From NCBI RefSeq assembly GCF_055900595.2, contig NZ_CM148325.1: a stretch of 64,000 bases of DNA; one strand, written 5' to 3'. Under the pieces are notes generated by a model. The model was given only the letters and a program-made list of their open reading frames with translations, was not told the origin of the DNA and ran no database searches. Position numbers and translations under genes: made by a program. Below, piece by piece: positions 32,367 to 45,080 of this stretch (positions are counted from its first letter, which is position 1; every line of letters begins with the position of its first letter).

Positions 32367-33071
32367 TTATTTTTTAGAGTAATCACGCGCACCAAAAATT
32401 GCAGTGCCGATACGAACCATCGTGCTACCTGCCGCAATGGCGGCTTCCATATCGTCCGACATTCCCAGAGAGAGCGTGTCGATATGCGGGTAGCGCGTTT
32501 TCAGTCCGGCAAATGCTACAGCCATTTGGCGTGCAACTTCAAACTGCCTTACATATTCTGACTCAGGCGCAGGGATTGCCATCAGCCCGCGCAGACGTAA
32601 ACGCGGTAGTTCAGCGACCGCAGCTGCCAGCTCGTCCAGTTCAGCCAGTTGAATCCCGGACTTACTGTTTTCATCACTAATGTTAATTTGAATCAGTACG
32701 TTAAGAGGGGGAAGTTCTGCCGGGCGCTGGTCGTTCAGACGGGTAGCGATGCGCAAACGGTCGATGGTATGACACCAGTCGAAATGCTCTGCCACCAGGC
32801 GGCTTTTATTAGACTGCAACGGGCCAATAAAATGCCATTCTAATCCTGTTACGCCCAGTTCCTGAAAGTGGCGAATTTTATCTACCCCTTCCTGAACGTA
32901 GTTTTCACCAAATTGACGCTGCCCGGCATCAATGGCTTCTGCGATGGCGCTCGCAGGTTTTGTTTTACTGACTGCAAGCAGCGTAATTTCTTCTGGAGAA
33001 CGGCCGCAACGCGTTGCAGCCGCTGAGATTTTGTCCCGGACCTGTGCCAGGTTATGCGCAATATCGTTCAT
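32367..33071 (-). CDS. yggS: PLP-homeostasis protein (YggS/PROSC family)
   Basis: 234-aa ORF matching E. coli YggS. Confidence 0.9.
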   Translation of the reverse strand: MNDIAHNLAQVRDKISAAATRCGRSPEEITLLAVSKTKPASAIAEAIDAGQRQFGENYVQEGVDKIRHFQELGVTGLEWHFIGPLQSNKSRLVAEHFDWCHTIDRLRIATRLNDQRPAELPPLNVLIQINISDENSKSGIQLAELDELAAAVAELPRLRLRGLMAIPAPESEYVRQFEVARQMAVAFAGLKTRYPHIDTLSLGMSDDMEAAIAAGSTMVRIGTAIFGARDYSKK

Positions 33072-33088
33072 TTTCCGAGGATCTTAGT

Positions 33089-34069
33089 ATGAATATGGAA
33101 GAAATTGTGGCCCTTAGTGTAAAGCATAACGTCTCGGATCTACACCTGTGCAGCGCCTGGCCCGCACGATGGCGCATTCGCGGGCGAATGGAAGCTGCGC
33201 CGTTTGATGCGCTGGACGTCGAAGAGCTACTGCGGGAGTGGCTGGATGACGATCAGCGGACAATATTGCTGGAGAATGGTCAGTTGGATTTTGCTGTGTC
33301 GCTGGCGGAAAACCAGCGGTTGCGTGGCAGTGCGTTCGCGCAACGGCAAGGTATTTCTCTGGCATTACGGTTGTTACCTTCGCACTGTCCACAGCTCGAA
33401 CAGCTTGGTGCGCCACCGGTATTGCCGGAATTACTCAAGAGCGAGAATGGCCTGATTCTGGTGACGGGGGCGACGGGGAGCGGCAAATCTACCACGCTGG
33501 CGGCGATGGTTGGCTATCTCAATCAACATGCCGATGCGCATATTCTGACGCTGGAAGATCCTGTGGAATATCTCTATACCAGTCAGCGATGTTTGATCCA
33601 ACAGCGGGAGATTGGTTTGCACTGTATGACTTTCGCATCGGGATTGCGGGCTGCATTGCGGGAAGATCCTGATGTGATTTTGCTCGGAGAGCTGCGTGAT
33701 AGCGAGACAATCCGTCTGGCGCTGACGGCGGCAGAAACCGGGCATCTGGTGCTGGCGACATTACACACGCGCGGCGCAGCGCAGGCAGTTGAGCGACTGG
33801 TGGATTCGTTTCCGGCGCAGGAAAAAGATCCCGTGCGTAATCAACTGGCAGGTAGTTTACGGGCGGTGTTGTCACAAAAGCTGGAAGTGGATAAACAGGA
33901 AGGACGCGTGGCGCTGTTTGAATTACTGATTAACACACCCGCGGTGGGGAATTTGATTCGTGAAGGGAAAACCCACCAGTTACCGCATGTTATTCAAACC
34001 GGGCAGCAGGTGGGGATGATAACGTTTCAGCAGAGTTATCAGCAGCGGGTGAAAGAAGGGCGCTTGTGA
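33089..34069 (+). CDS. yggR: PilT-like type IV pilus retraction ATPase homolog
   Basis: Start set at MNMEEIVALSVKHN (326 aa); Walker A GATGSGKSTT; matches E. coli YggR. Confidence 0.85.
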   Translation: MNMEEIVALSVKHNVSDLHLCSAWPARWRIRGRMEAAPFDALDVEELLREWLDDDQRTILLENGQLDFAVSLAENQRLRGSAFAQRQGISLALRLLPSHCPQLEQLGAPPVLPELLKSENGLILVTGATGSGKSTTLAAMVGYLNQHADAHILTLEDPVEYLYTSQRCLIQQREIGLHCMTFASGLRAALREDPDVILLGELRDSETIRLALTAAETGHLVLATLHTRGAAQAVERLVDSFPAQEKDPVRNQLAGSLRAVLSQKLEVDKQEGRVALFELLINTPAVGNLIREGKTHQLPHVIQTGQQVGMITFQQSYQQRVKEGRL

Positions 34070-34100
34070 CGTTGCTGTGTCTGATACGAATTGTAAATAT

Positions 34101-34194
34101 GCCCGATGCGCAAGCTTATCGGGCCTACAAGGGAAGCGTAACTTTGAATTCGCACTCACTGTAGGTTGGATAAGGCGTTTACGCCGCATCCAAC
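34101..34194. repeat. REP/BIME palindromic elements
   Basis: GCCCGATGCGCAAGCTTATCGGGCCTAC and GTAGGTTGGATAAGGCGTTTACGCCGCATCCAAC in inverted orientation. Confidence 0.6.
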
Positions 34195-34242
34195 ATGAAA
34201 CAACGAGCACATTGTCAGAAATCTGTGCGCTAGTAAATCGCC

Positions 34243-34659
34243 TTAATATCCCTGCTCGAAATAGCTTTCGAGAATAATAACCGCAGAGGCAGAGTCGACT
34301 TTGCCTTTGTTGAGCGCCCGATAGCCGCCCTGTTCAAACAGACCGGAACGTGCCTCCACGGTGCTAAGACGCTCGTCATGGAGCTTTACTTCAACACCGA
34401 AACGACCATGAATACGGTTGGCAAATTTACGCGCTCTGGCGGTTAACGGCTGTTCGGTGCCGTCCATATTCAGCGGCAAACCGACGATGATTTCGTCCGG
34501 CTGCCACTCTTTCAGTAAACGCTCGATAATGTTCCAGTCCGGCGTACCGTCCTGCGCTTTAATTGCAGGCAAAGGGCGAGCGGTGCCGGTAATGCGTTGG
34601 CCGACCGCTACGCCAATGCTTTTGGTGCCGAAGTCGAAGGCGAGTAAGGTTCCACTCAT
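34243..34659 (-). CDS. ruvX: Putative pre-16S rRNA nuclease / Holliday-junction-resolvase-like protein
   Basis: Start set at [20 protein letters not shown] (138 aa) matching E. coli YqgF. Confidence 0.9.
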
Positions 34660-35222
34660 CAGGCGTGTCCTGCCACACCAGGCATGGTGAGAATATCCAC
34701 ACCAATCAGTTTTGCCGCCTCGCGCCAGCGGTCGGCAATCGGCGTTTTGAACAGAATATTCAGATCTGCCGGGGCCGTTAGCCACGCGTTATCGAGAATT
34801 TCTTGTTCCAGTTGACCTTTCTCCCAGGAGGCATAACCCAGAGCCACCAATACGTCAGACGGTTGTTTATCGGTGCCGAGCGTTTCCAGCACATCGCGGG
34901 AAGTGGTCATCACTGTGTTGTCTGAAATGCGAATGCTGGAAGCAAAATTGGAAGGCGGAGTATGCAAAATAAACCCGCGATCTTCAGCCAGCGGACCGCC
35001 GAGCATAACCGGTTTATCCAGACGGATTGATTCATCACGCGGCTCCGGCGTGATCTTCAGCTTTTCCAGAATCCCTTCAATTTTGAGATTTTCCAGCGGC
35101 TTGTTGACGATGATCCCCATTGCACCATTGGTATTATGTTCGCAAATGTAGACCACGGAACGACGGAAAATCGGATCCTGGAGAGCAGGCATGGCAATAA
35201 GAAAGTGATGCTGTAAATTCAT
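34659..35222 (-). CDS. yqgE: UPF0301 protein
   Basis: Start set at [17 protein letters not shown] (187 aa) matching E. coli YqgE. Confidence 0.85.
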
Positions 35223-35330
35223 TGTCAGAGGTTCTGTTTCCTGGTTCAAAAAAGCAACAGCGCCCAGTATGCGTGGAAAGAAGGGCGCTGTCACTCAGAG
35301 TCTCAACGAGATCCTTCTCGCTAAGGTGGG

Positions 35331-36281
35331 TTACTGCTGCTGTAAACGTGCTTCGATGGCATCCATTAACATTCCGGTAATCGACACCGGAAACTCTGCT
35401 TCAATCTCACGAATACAGGTTGGGCTGGTGACGTTAATTTCAGTCAGACGGTCGCCGATGATATCCAGACCAACAAAAATCAGCCCTTTTTCTTTCAGCG
35501 TCGGCCCAATCTGACGGGCGATTTTCCAGTCACTTTCCGTCAGCGGACGAGGTTCACCGCGACCACCGGCAGCCAGATTGCCACGGGTTTCGCCCCCCTG
35601 CGGAATACGCGCCAGGCAATACGGCACCGGCTCGCCATCCACTACCAGCACGCGTTTGTCGCCATCTTTAATGGCTGGCAGGTAATTTTGCGCCATGCAG
35701 TAGCGAGTGCCATGCTCAGTCAGGGTTTCGGCAATCACGCCGAGGTTTGGATCACCTTCTTTCACGCGGAAAATCGACGCGCCGCCCATACCGTCCAGCG
35801 GCTTAAGAATGATGTCGCTGTGTTTTTCCCAGAAAGCTTTTAGCTGCGCTTTATTGCGTGTGACCAGCGTTTCTGGTGTTAAGTCAGAGAACCAGGCAGT
35901 GAACAGTTTTTCGTTACAATCGCGCAGGCTCTGCGGCTTGTTAACGATCAGCGTCCCTTTATCTTCGGCACGTTCCAGAATATAGGTCGAGTAGATAAAC
36001 TCGGTATCAAACGGCGGGTCTTTACGCATCAGGATCACATCGAGATCGGCCAGCGGCAGATCCTGCTCACCCGTGAACTCGTACCATTTATCGTAGTTCT
36101 GTTCGACGCTCAAAGTACGGGTACGAGCGCGAGCCTCACCATTGATCAAATAGAGATCGGCCATCTCCATATAGTGAAGTTCGTAACCACGACGCTGTGC
36201 TTCCAGCAACATAGCGAAACTGGAATCTTTCTTGATGTTGATGTTTGCGATGGGGTCCATCACGATGCCGAGCTTGATCAT
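35331..36281 (-). CDS. gshB: Glutathione synthetase
   Basis: 316-aa ORF MIKLGIVMDPIANINIKKDSSFAMLLEAQRRGYELHYMEM… matching E. coli GshB. Confidence 0.95.
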   Translation of the reverse strand: MIKLGIVMDPIANINIKKDSSFAMLLEAQRRGYELHYMEMADLYLINGEARARTRTLSVEQNYDKWYEFTGEQDLPLADLDVILMRKDPPFDTEFIYSTYILERAEDKGTLIVNKPQSLRDCNEKLFTAWFSDLTPETLVTRNKAQLKAFWEKHSDIILKPLDGMGGASIFRVKEGDPNLGVIAETLTEHGTRYCMAQNYLPAIKDGDKRVLVVDGEPVPYCLARIPQGGETRGNLAAGGRGEPRPLTESDWKIARQIGPTLKEKGLIFVGLDIIGDRLTEINVTSPTCIREIEAEFPVSITGMLMDAIEARLQQQ

Positions 36282-36293
36282 TATTCTTCTCCG

Positions 36294-37025
36294 TTAGCCC
36301 AAATCGCCAAAACGCACTTGTAGCGCGGTAATGGCGGTGAGCGCAGTTGTCTCAGTACGCAAAACGCGAGGTCCCAACAGGATATCAGTAAATTGATAGC
36401 GGGCAGTCATGGCAATTTCATCTGCCGATAAACCGCCTTCCGGGCCAATCAGCAGGCGGACGCGTTCGACCGGTAACGGCAACGTATTGATGCTGTTACT
36501 GGCGCGCGGGTGAAGATTCAGTTTCAGTCCTTCATCCTGCTCTGCACACCAGGCTTCCAGATCCATCGCTGGACGGATTTCCGGCACCCGGTTACGGCCA
36601 CACTGCTCACAGGCAGCAATTGCAATCTTCTGCCACTGCTGGAGCTTCTTGTTCAGACGTTCACTATCCAGTTTAACGCCGCAGCGCTCAGAAAAAAGTG
36701 GCGTAATGAGGCTTACACCGAGTTCGATCGATTTCTGGATAGTAAATTCCATTTTTTCACCACGCGACATCACCTGACCGAGGTGAATATGCAGCGGAGA
36801 TTCGCGATCGTCGATCTGGCCTTCCAGCACCTTCACTTCCACGCTTTTTTTGCTGGCGCTGGTAATTTCGGCGTCAAAGACCTGGTTGCTGCCGTCAAAC
36901 AATTGCAGCGCCTGTCCCGGCCCCATACGCAGTACGCGCCCGATATGGTTGGCGGCATCTTCGCAAAGCGCGATGTGAGAATGGCTGGTCAGTGGTTCAG
37001 GATGATAAATGCGGGGGATACGCAT
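36294..37025 (-). CDS. rsmE: 16S rRNA (uracil1498-N3)-methyltransferase
   Basis: Start set at [20 protein letters not shown] (243 aa) matching E. coli RsmE. Confidence 0.9.
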
Positions 37026-37104
37026 AGTTAAAAATCCGCGTCGTCTCCCCACGCGGTTGTACGCGTGGGGTAGGGGTTAACAAAAAGAATCCCGCTAGTG
37101 TAGG

Positions 37105-37812
37105 TTAGCTCTTTCGCGCCTGGCAAGCGCGTTGCACATACGGGTTATGATTGCCCTGCACCTTCGCGATGCGTTCATCACGTTCGCACTCCCAGTCGGT
37201 AACTGGATACATCTTGTCCCATGCGTTGAACAGCTGCGTTTGCTGACGAGAGAGTGTCAGGTTGTATTGGTCACGCATATAGAAGTAGGTGCGCGCAATG
37301 GCACCGCGTGCACGCGCTGGTGGTTCGGCAACTTTTTCTTTGAAATCGACCTTCATGGCGCATTGACCGTACTGGCCTTCACCGCCATTCCACTGGCTGT
37401 ACATAAAGTTGCCGCGATCGCCATTCACCTCACCGACTGACGGCTGCAGGTTATGCATATCGCTTTCCATCTTGCGATAGACCGGATCTTTGGCGCAATT
37501 TTTACGTCCACCGTCCTGCCAGCACTGGCGCTGGTGACCGAATTGCCAGGCAGGAACGACGTGTTCCCACTCTACGCGGCTGGCACGGTTTTCATTTTTT
37601 CGCACCTGATAGCCGCACGATTGCAGATCAACAACGCCTTTTTTGCCCTGCCAGTTAATTTTACATCCGCAATAAAACGTACCGGGCGCGTCAGCGTGGA
37701 CTTTTACCGCCGCGGCTTTCGCTTGAGAAAAACTATTGATACCTTCGGCCAATGCCGGGCCGGAAAATGCTGTGCTCAGTACCACCGCAGCAATAGACAA
37801 ATAACGGTACAT
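37105..37812 (-). CDS. endA: Periplasmic endonuclease I
   Basis: Signal peptide [22 protein letters not shown] plus endonuclease I body; matches E. coli EndA. Confidence 0.9.
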   Translation of the reverse strand: MYRYLSIAAVVLSTAFSGPALAEGINSFSQAKAAAVKVHADAPGTFYCGCKINWQGKKGVVDLQSCGYQVRKNENRASRVEWEHVVPAWQFGHQRQCWQDGGRKNCAKDPVYRKMESDMHNLQPSVGEVNGDRGNFMYSQWNGGEGQYGQCAMKVDFKEKVAEPPARARGAIARTYFYMRDQYNLTLSRQQTQLFNAWDKMYPVTDWECERDERIAKVQGNHNPYVQRACQARKS

Positions 37813-37906
37813 CACTTACTCCGTGTTAAAACGAGCCAGCAACGTAGCGAAAGTTGTTTTGGTATGCAATCAGCCAGATCAGGAAAGTTCCTGATAGTTC
37901 AGGTGG

Positions 37907-38404
37907 TTATTTCGCAACCAGCTGTTCGCCGCAGTGAACACAGCGATAGACGGCTTCGCCACGAACTACGCGATTATGACGGCGTACGGTAAGCTGATGC
38001 TCCTGGCACTTGCAGCGGTAGGGGAAGGTGTTGCGGCGCACGGATTGCAGTTCGAACTGATGCGTACGACGGGCGGGAACGCCCAGCACGCTTTCCATCA
38101 TCCACTTCCACTCTTTGCCATGTGGCGCTACGCGGCCGAAATGTTTCCATACCAGCAAATGTGCCAGTTCGTGCGGCACCACTTCTTCAATAAAGGCTTC
38201 ACTGTTTTCCAACAGCAAAACGGGATTGAGACGAATTTCATAGCTTTCCAGCCAGGCTGTTCCGGCAGAGGTTCCGCGCTGGGTGTAAGAGAGTTTTGGC
38301 TCCGGGTAGTTACGCCCTAGCTTCAGGTTGGCCTGGGCGAGTTTTTCCCGCAGGCGACGCATAACGGCCTGTTGGATGGCGATAGGGAGACGGGATGTTT
38401 TCAT
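37907..38404 (-). CDS. sprT: SprT-like zinc metallopeptidase-fold protein
   Basis: Start set at [18 protein letters not shown] (165 aa); HELAH zinc motif; matches E. coli SprT. Confidence 0.85.
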   Translation of the reverse strand: MKTSRLPIAIQQAVMRRLREKLAQANLKLGRNYPEPKLSYTQRGTSAGTAWLESYEIRLNPVLLLENSEAFIEEVVPHELAHLLVWKHFGRVAPHGKEWKWMMESVLGVPARRTHQFELQSVRRNTFPYRCKCQEHQLTVRRHNRVVRGEAVYRCVHCGEQLVAK

Positions 38405-38480
38405 AGCGGCAGAGGATAGAGCGAAGAAAAGATGACTGCAAGAGGTGGCTTCCTCCATGATGGGAGGAAGCCTGAGGAGA

Positions 38481-39875
38481 TTAATCGTGAGCGCCGATTT
38501 CGCGCAGTTTACGACCTTTCATCAGATTACGTTCAATATGTTCCAGCGAAACGTGTTTGGTTTCCGGTACCAGCCACAATGTCAGCAGGATAAACAGTAC
38601 GTTCAGAGCAGCATACACCCAGAAGGTGTTGGCGTTACCCAGCGTGTTGAGCATGGTCAGGAACGTTGCGCCAACGATCATGTTGGCAATCCAGTTGGTG
38701 GCAGTGGAGCAGGTGATGCCAAAATCGCGGCCTTTCAGCGGCTGAATTTCGGAGCACAGTACCCAAATCAGCGGACCGGCACTCATGGCAAAACCGACAA
38801 TAAACATCAGCAGCATGGCGATGGCGAAATACTGCGCCGACGGAGAGTGGATACCGATATGCATCATTGTACCGAGTACGCCCATACCAGCAGCCATCAC
38901 CAGGAAGCCCAGCGTTAGCGTTGGTTTACGTCCCCAGCGGTCAACAAGGCCGATTGCGATAAAGGTGGCAAGTACGTTGGTCAGGCCGACAATCACTGTC
39001 CCCCACATTTGCTCGGTGGTGTTGGTATAACCCGCCAGTTCGAAGATTTTCGGCGCGTAATACATGATGACGTTCATCCCGGTGAATTGCTGCATTACCT
39101 GCAATAGTACGCCAAGGAACACCGCGCGGCGGAAGTTGCTATTCTCTTTAAACAGCGCCCAGCCACTCTGTTTAACCTGCAAACTTTCACGGATTTCATC
39201 CAGTTCGCGTTTCGCTTCCGCGCTGGTGTCACGCAGGCGTAGCAGCACGCGTTCGGCATCAACAAAACGGCGTTTGGCGGCAAACCAACGTGGGCTGTCT
39301 GGCAGGAAGAAGACACCAATCAGCAGCAAAATTGCCGGGATGATAATCACACCCAGCATCCAGCGCCATGCACCGGTGTAGCTGAAGGCGGTATCAGAAA
39401 GATAAGCGCCGAGGATCCCGATAGTGATCATCAACTGATACATCGAGATCATACTGCCGCGAATTTTTTCCGGCGCAATTTCTGACAGGTACAGTGGTGC
39501 GGTATAAGAGGCCACACCCACCGCCAGCCCCAGCAGAACGCGGGAAAGAATCAGTACTTCAACGTTTGGCGCAGCCGCAGAGAACAGTGAACCGGCAACA
39601 AACAGGATTGCGCCGATCATCAGGCTCTTTTTGCGCCCGAGTTTAAAGGAGAGCCAGCCGCTGCCCACCGCACCGACTGCCGCACCGAACATCATGGAGC
39701 TTACGACCCATTCTTGCGTGTGCGAAGTAATCTGGAATTCATCTGCAATAAACGGCAGTGCGCCAGCAATTACACCGATATCCAGGCCAAAGAGTAATCC
39801 CGCCAGAGCGGCAAGGAAGCAGACGAAAAACGTCATTGCCTTGTTTGACCGCCCCTGTTTTTTAGCGTCAGGCAT
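38481..39875 (-). CDS. galP: Galactose:H+ symporter (MFS sugar porter)
   Basis: Start set at [20 protein letters not shown] (464 aa) matching E. coli GalP. Confidence 0.9.
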   Translation of the reverse strand: MPDAKKQGRSNKAMTFFVCFLAALAGLLFGLDIGVIAGALPFIADEFQITSHTQEWVVSSMMFGAAVGAVGSGWLSFKLGRKKSLMIGAILFVAGSLFSAAAPNVEVLILSRVLLGLAVGVASYTAPLYLSEIAPEKIRGSMISMYQLMITIGILGAYLSDTAFSYTGAWRWMLGVIIIPAILLLIGVFFLPDSPRWFAAKRRFVDAERVLLRLRDTSAEAKRELDEIRESLQVKQSGWALFKENSNFRRAVFLGVLLQVMQQFTGMNVIMYYAPKIFELAGYTNTTEQMWGTVIVGLTNVLATFIAIGLVDRWGRKPTLTLGFLVMAAGMGVLGTMMHIGIHSPSAQYFAIAMLLMFIVGFAMSAGPLIWVLCSEIQPLKGRDFGITCSTATNWIANMIVGATFLTMLNTLGNANTFWVYAALNVLFILLTLWLVPETKHVSLEHIERNLMKGRKLREIGAHD

Positions 39876-40220
39876 GATGCCCTCCAATATGGTTATTTTT
39901 TATTGTGAATTAAGATAGGTGAGTACGACGTAAAAAGATGTGAAGCAAATCACATCAGTGTAATCGCTTACACTAACATTTATCTTAGTTATGATTTAAG
40001 TGCATGAAAATAATTGAGTTATATCATCATAGATTAAAGGTTGTTATCTGCAATTAAGACTTTACTGAAAAGAAATGTAACAACTGTGAAAGCTGAATAA
40101 TAATATGAAAATATTACAAATATTTGGCTGGTGTGGTTGGTGTAATCGATTTCAGTAGTGATGATAATTTGCGGTAAAACGTGTTGAGGAAGAATGATGT
40201 TATTGTGCGGGCGGTTTTTT

Positions 40221-40246
40221 GCCGGATGCGGCGTGAACGCCTGTCC
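40221..40246. repeat. REP palindromic unit
   Basis: GCCGGATGCGGCGTGAACGCCTGTCC, REP consensus downstream of metK. Confidence 0.4.
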
Positions 40247-40261
40247 ACTGCGGTGAGGTAA

Positions 40262-40292
40262 AAGAAAAAGGCCAGCGCGAGGCTGGCCTTTG
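40262..40292 (-). terminator. Rho-independent terminator of metK
   Basis: On the minus strand: stem AAAGGCCAGCC-TCGC-GCTGGCCTTT followed by a T-rich run, directly 3-prime of the metK stop. Confidence 0.5.
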
Positions 40293-40310
40293 AAAGCAGG
40301 TGAAGAAAGA

Positions 40311-41465
40311 TTACTTCAGACCGGCAGCATCACGCAGCAGCTGCGCTTTGTCGGTTTTTTCCCACGGGAAATGTTCACGACCAAAGTGACCGTATGCTGC
40401 GGTTTCTTTGTAGATCGGGTGCAGCAGATCCAGCATCTGAATCAGACCGTATGGGCGCAGGTCGAAGAATTCACGTACCAGCAGAGTCAGTTGTTCAGAA
40501 GGCACTTTCTCAGTACCGAAAGTTTCTACCATGATGGAAGTCGGTTCAGCCACGCCGATTGCGTAGGAAACCTGAATTTCACAACGATCGGCCAGGCCAG
40601 CAGCAACAATGTTTTTCGCGACATAACGTGCTGCGTAGGCTGCGGAACGGTCCACTTTTGATGGATCTTTACCGGAGAACGCACCGCCACCATGACGCGC
40701 CATGCCGCCGTAGGTATCAACGATGATTTTACGACCAGTCAGACCGCAGTCACCCATCGGGCCACCGATAACGAAACGACCGGTCGGGTTGATGAAGAAT
40801 TTGGTGGCAGAAGTCAGCCATTCAGCGGGCAGAATCGGCTTGATGATCTCTTCCATTACCGCTTCTTGCAGCGATTTCTGGTCGATCTCTTCAGAGTGCT
40901 GAGTGGAAAGCACGACAGCATCAATGCCAACGATTTTGCCGTCGTCATACTGGAAAGTCACCTGGCTTTTCGCGTCCGGGCGCAGCCACGGCAGAGTGCC
41001 GTTTTTACGCACTTCAGCCTGACGCTGTACCAGACGGTGTGCATAAGTGATAGGTGCTGGCATCAGCACGTCGGTTTCATTAGTTGCGTAGCCAAACATC
41101 AGCCCCTGGTCGCCCGCGCCCTGTTCCAGCGGATCGGCACGGTCAACGCCCTGGTTGATGTCAGGAGACTGTTTACCGATGGCGCTCAGAACCGCACAGG
41201 AGTTAGCGTCAAAGCCCATGTCGGAATGCACATAGCCAATTTCGCGAACGGTATTACGGGTGATCTCTTCGATGTCTACCCAGGCGCTGGTGGTGATTTC
41301 GCCGCCAACTAAAACCATGCCGGTTTTTACGTAGGTTTCGCAAGCAACGCGTGCTTTCGGATCCTGTTCGAGGATCGCGTCTAAAACGGCATCAGAGATT
41401 TGGTCAGCAATTTTGTCAGGATGCCCTTCAGAGACGGACTCGGACGTAAAAAGGTGTTTTGCCAT
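40311..41465 (-). CDS. metK: S-adenosylmethionine synthetase
   Basis: Start set at [32 protein letters not shown] (384 aa), matching E. coli MetK throughout. Confidence 0.95.
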
Positions 41466-42119
41466 ATTTAATATCACCTAAAGAGAATTTGGTTAGCTCA
41501 AACTGTTGTGTGGATTTTCTGTGGTAGCGGATCCTACCACGACTCTGCAGGTTAAAAACACTGGCAGTCTGAGTGTTAATCGGTATGGATGGATTAACAT
41601 CTGGATGGCTATTTTAGGTCAGTTCTTCACCCAATTTCCACTTTTTTTTGAATCGTGTCTCATTCTGTTAAAAACGTGGCTGGAAATTTTTCCTGACAAT
41701 GCTGGCATTCTGCGTATTTATCTTTTGCAATTTTCTGCCATTGTGGGGTATAAAACGCGGCGCGCGGCTTAAATAAAAAGCACACGACGTTTCTTTCGTG
41801 TTGCCACTTCCAGCCGGGTTGAAAACAGAGTTTTGGCTTGTGGGTTCGTCTTAACAGGCGGCCGTGGAGGTGATACGAAATAATGAACCGTTGTCTGCTG
41901 CTTAACCTGTCTCACCGTTCTGGTGAAGATTCGTTCCCCGCACTCTGCATCTCTGCTTTGCATACCTGCCGATGTTATACCCATCTCGGCGCTTCTCAGG
42001 ATTCAAGAGCTGGTTACAGCTACTGAGGACTGAACAAGGGCGCTCTTGTAAAAACAAGAGTTTTCTCGTGGTTTCGCCGAACTGTCACACTTACGTTCGG
42101 TTATGTGCTTAATAATGTT

Positions 42120-42251
42120 ATGAAAAAGAAACCGGTTGCGCAGTTGGAGCGTCAGCATTCACTGCTGGAAAATCCATGTGCTTATGGGTTGTTATCGCAG
42201 TTCCAGGCTGCGATAGTCGTTAACTGTTTTACACTTAATAAAATAATTTGA
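42120..42251 (+). CDS. yqgB: Small protein YqgB (43 aa) upstream of speA
   Basis: ATG at 42120 gives [43 protein letters not shown], matching my recollection of E. coli YqgB; ends 8 nt before the speA start. Confidence 0.55.
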
Positions 42252-42259
42252 GGTTCGCT

Positions 42260-44236
42260 ATGTCTGACGACATGTCTATGGGTTTGCCTTCGTCAGCGGG
42301 CGAACACGGTGTACTACGCTCCATGCAGGAGGTTGCAATGAGCTCCCAGGAAGCCAGCAAGATGCTGCGTACTTACAATATTGCCTGGTGGGGCAATAAC
42401 TACTATGACGTTAACGAGCTGGGCCACATCAGCGTGTGCCCGGACCCGGACGTCCCGGAAGCTCGCGTCGATCTCGCGCAGTTAGTGAAAACTCGCGAAG
42501 CACAGGGTCAGCGTCTGCCTGCACTGTTCTGTTTCCCACAGATCCTGCAGCACCGTTTGCGTTCCATTAACGCCGCGTTCAAACGAGCGCGGGAATCCTA
42601 CGGCTATAACGGCGATTACTTCCTCGTTTATCCGATCAAAGTTAACCAGCACCGCCGCGTGATTGAGTCCCTGATTCATTCGGGCGAACCGCTGGGCCTG
42701 GAAGCCGGTTCCAAAGCCGAGTTGATGGCGGTGCTGGCACATGCTGGCATGACCCGTAGCGTCATCGTCTGCAACGGTTATAAGGACCGCGAATATATCC
42801 GCCTGGCATTAATTGGCGAGAAGATGGGCCACAAGGTCTATCTGGTCATTGAGAAGATGTCAGAAATTGCCATTGTGCTGGATGAAGCAGAACGTCTGAA
42901 TGTCGTTCCTCGTCTGGGCGTGCGTGCACGTCTGGCTTCGCAGGGCTCGGGTAAATGGCAGTCCTCCGGCGGGGAAAAATCGAAGTTTGGCCTGGCGGCG
43001 ACTCAAGTACTGCAACTGGTTGAAACGCTGCGTGAAGCCGGGCGTCTCGACAGCCTGCAACTGCTGCACTTCCACCTCGGTTCGCAGATGGCGAATATTC
43101 GCGATATCGCGACAGGCGTTCGTGAATCCGCGCGTTTCTATGTGGAACTGCACAAGCTGGGCGTCAATATTCAGTGCTTCGACGTCGGCGGCGGTCTGGG
43201 CGTGGACTATGAAGGCACCCGTTCTCAGTCTGACTGCTCCGTAAACTACGGCCTCAATGAATACGCCAACAACATCATCTGGGCGATTGGTGATGCGTGT
43301 GAAGAAAATGGTCTGCCACATCCGACGGTAATCACCGAATCGGGTCGTGCGGTGACTGCGCATCACACCGTGCTGGTGTCGAATATCATCGGCGTGGAAC
43401 GTAACGAATACACGGTGCCGACCGCGCCTGCAGAAGATGCACCGCGCGCCCTGCAAAGCATGTGGGAAACCTGGCAGGAAATGCACGAACCGGGAACTCG
43501 CCGTTCTCTGCGTGAATGGTTACACGACAGCCAGATGGATCTGCACGACATTCATATCGGCTACTCTTCCGGCACCTTTAGCCTGCAAGAACGCGCATGG
43601 GCTGAGCAGCTTTATTTGAGCATGTGCCATGAAGTGCAAAAGCAGCTGGATCCGCAAAACCGTGCTCATCGTCCGATTATCGACGAGCTGCAGGAACGTA
43701 TGGCGGACAAAATGTACGTCAACTTCTCGCTGTTCCAGTCGATGCCGGATGCGTGGGGGATCGACCAGTTGTTCCCGGTTCTGCCGCTGGAAGGGCTGGA
43801 TCAAGTGCCGGAACGCCGCGCTGTGCTGCTGGATATTACCTGTGACTCAGACGGTGCTATCGACCACTATATTGATGGTGACGGTATTGCCACGACAATG
43901 CCTATGCCGGAGTACGATCCGGAGAATCCGCCGATGCTCGGTTTCTTTATGGTCGGCGCATATCAGGAGATCCTCGGCAACATGCACAACCTGTTCGGTG
44001 ATACCGAAGCGGTTGACGTGTTCGTCTTCCCTGATGGTAGCGTAGAGGTAGAACTGTCTGACGAAGGCGATACCGTGGCGGACATGCTGCAATATGTGCA
44101 GCTCGATCCGAAAACGCTGTTAACTCAGTTCCGCGATCAGGTGAAGAAAACCGATCTTGATGCTGAACTGCAACAACAGTTCCTGGAAGAGTTCGAGGCA
44201 GGTTTGTACGGTTATACCTATCTTGAAGATGAATAA
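42260..44236 (+). CDS. speA: Biosynthetic arginine decarboxylase
   Basis: Start set at [45 protein letters not shown] (658 aa) matching E. coli SpeA. Confidence 0.95.
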
Positions 44237-44382
44237 TTAAGATTATTCTGCTGGCGGGGCGATTTATTTACGTAAATCGGCCCGCTTTCTTTTTATATAT
44301 TCTTAAAAATAATTTAGCTGCTTTTCTGGTGATGCTGCCAACTTACTGATTTAGTGTATGATGGTGTTTTTGAGGTGCTCCA

Positions 44383-44658
44383 GTGGCTTCTGTTTCTATC
44401 AGCTGTCCCTCCTGTTCAGCTACTGACGGGGTGGTGCGTAACGGCAAAAGCACCGCCGGACATCAGCGCTATCTCTGCTCTCACTGCCGTAAAACATGGC
44501 AACTGCAGTTCACTTACACCGCTTCTCAACCCGGTACGCACCAGAAAATCATTGATATGGCCATGAATGGCGTTGGATGCCGGGCAACCGCCCGCATTAT
44601 GGGCGTTGGCCTCAACACGATTTTCCGCCATTTAAAAAACTCAGGCCGCAGTCGGTAA
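44383..44658 (+). CDS. insA: IS1 InsA (transposition inhibitor / N-terminal part of InsAB-prime transposase)
   Basis: 91-aa [46 protein letters not shown]… identical in character to IS1 InsA. Confidence 0.9.
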   Translation: MASVSISCPSCSATDGVVRNGKSTAGHQRYLCSHCRKTWQLQFTYTASQPGTHQKIIDMAMNGVGCRATARIMGVGLNTIFRHLKNSGRSR

Positions 44659-45080
44659 CCTCGCGCATACAGCCGGGCAGTGACGTCATCGTCTGCGCGG
44701 AAATGGACGAACAGTGGGGATACGTCGGGGCTAAATCGCGCCAGCGCTGGCTGTTTTACGCGTATGACAGGCTCCGGAAGACGGTTGTTGCGCACGTATT
44801 CGGTGAACGCACTATGGCGACGCTGGGGCGTCTTATGAGCCTGCTGTCACCCTTTGACGTGGTGATATGGATGACGGATGGCTGGCCGCTGTATGAATCC
44901 CGCCTGAAGGGAAAGCTGCACGTAATCAGCAAGCGATATACGCAGCGAATTGAGCGGCATAACCTGAATCTGAGGCAGCACCTGGCACGGCTGGGACGGA
45001 AGTCGCTGTCGTTCTCAAAATCGGTGGAGCTGCATGACAAAGTCATCGGGCATTATCTGAACATAAAACACTATCAATAA
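44577..45080 (+). CDS. insB: IS1 InsB (C-terminal transposase part, expressed by -1 frameshift fusion with InsA)
   Basis: 167-aa [67 protein letters not shown]… matching IS1 InsB; overlaps insA in the -1 frame. Confidence 0.85.
   Translation: MPGNRPHYGRWPQHDFPPFKKLRPQSVTSRIQPGSDVIVCAEMDEQWGYVGAKSRQRWLFYAYDRLRKTVVAHVFGERTMATLGRLMSLLSPFDVVIWMTDGWPLYESRLKGKLHVISKRYTQRIERHNLNLRQHLARLGRKSLSFSKSVELHDKVIGHYLNIKHYQ

Noticed and set aside
41506-41984. Two small ORFs between metK and yqgB (41506-41772 plus strand, 41769-41984 minus strand) as yqgD/yqgC
   Set aside because: These small genes are expected here, but I cannot recall their sequences well enough to assign strand and boundaries, so they are not listed as features.
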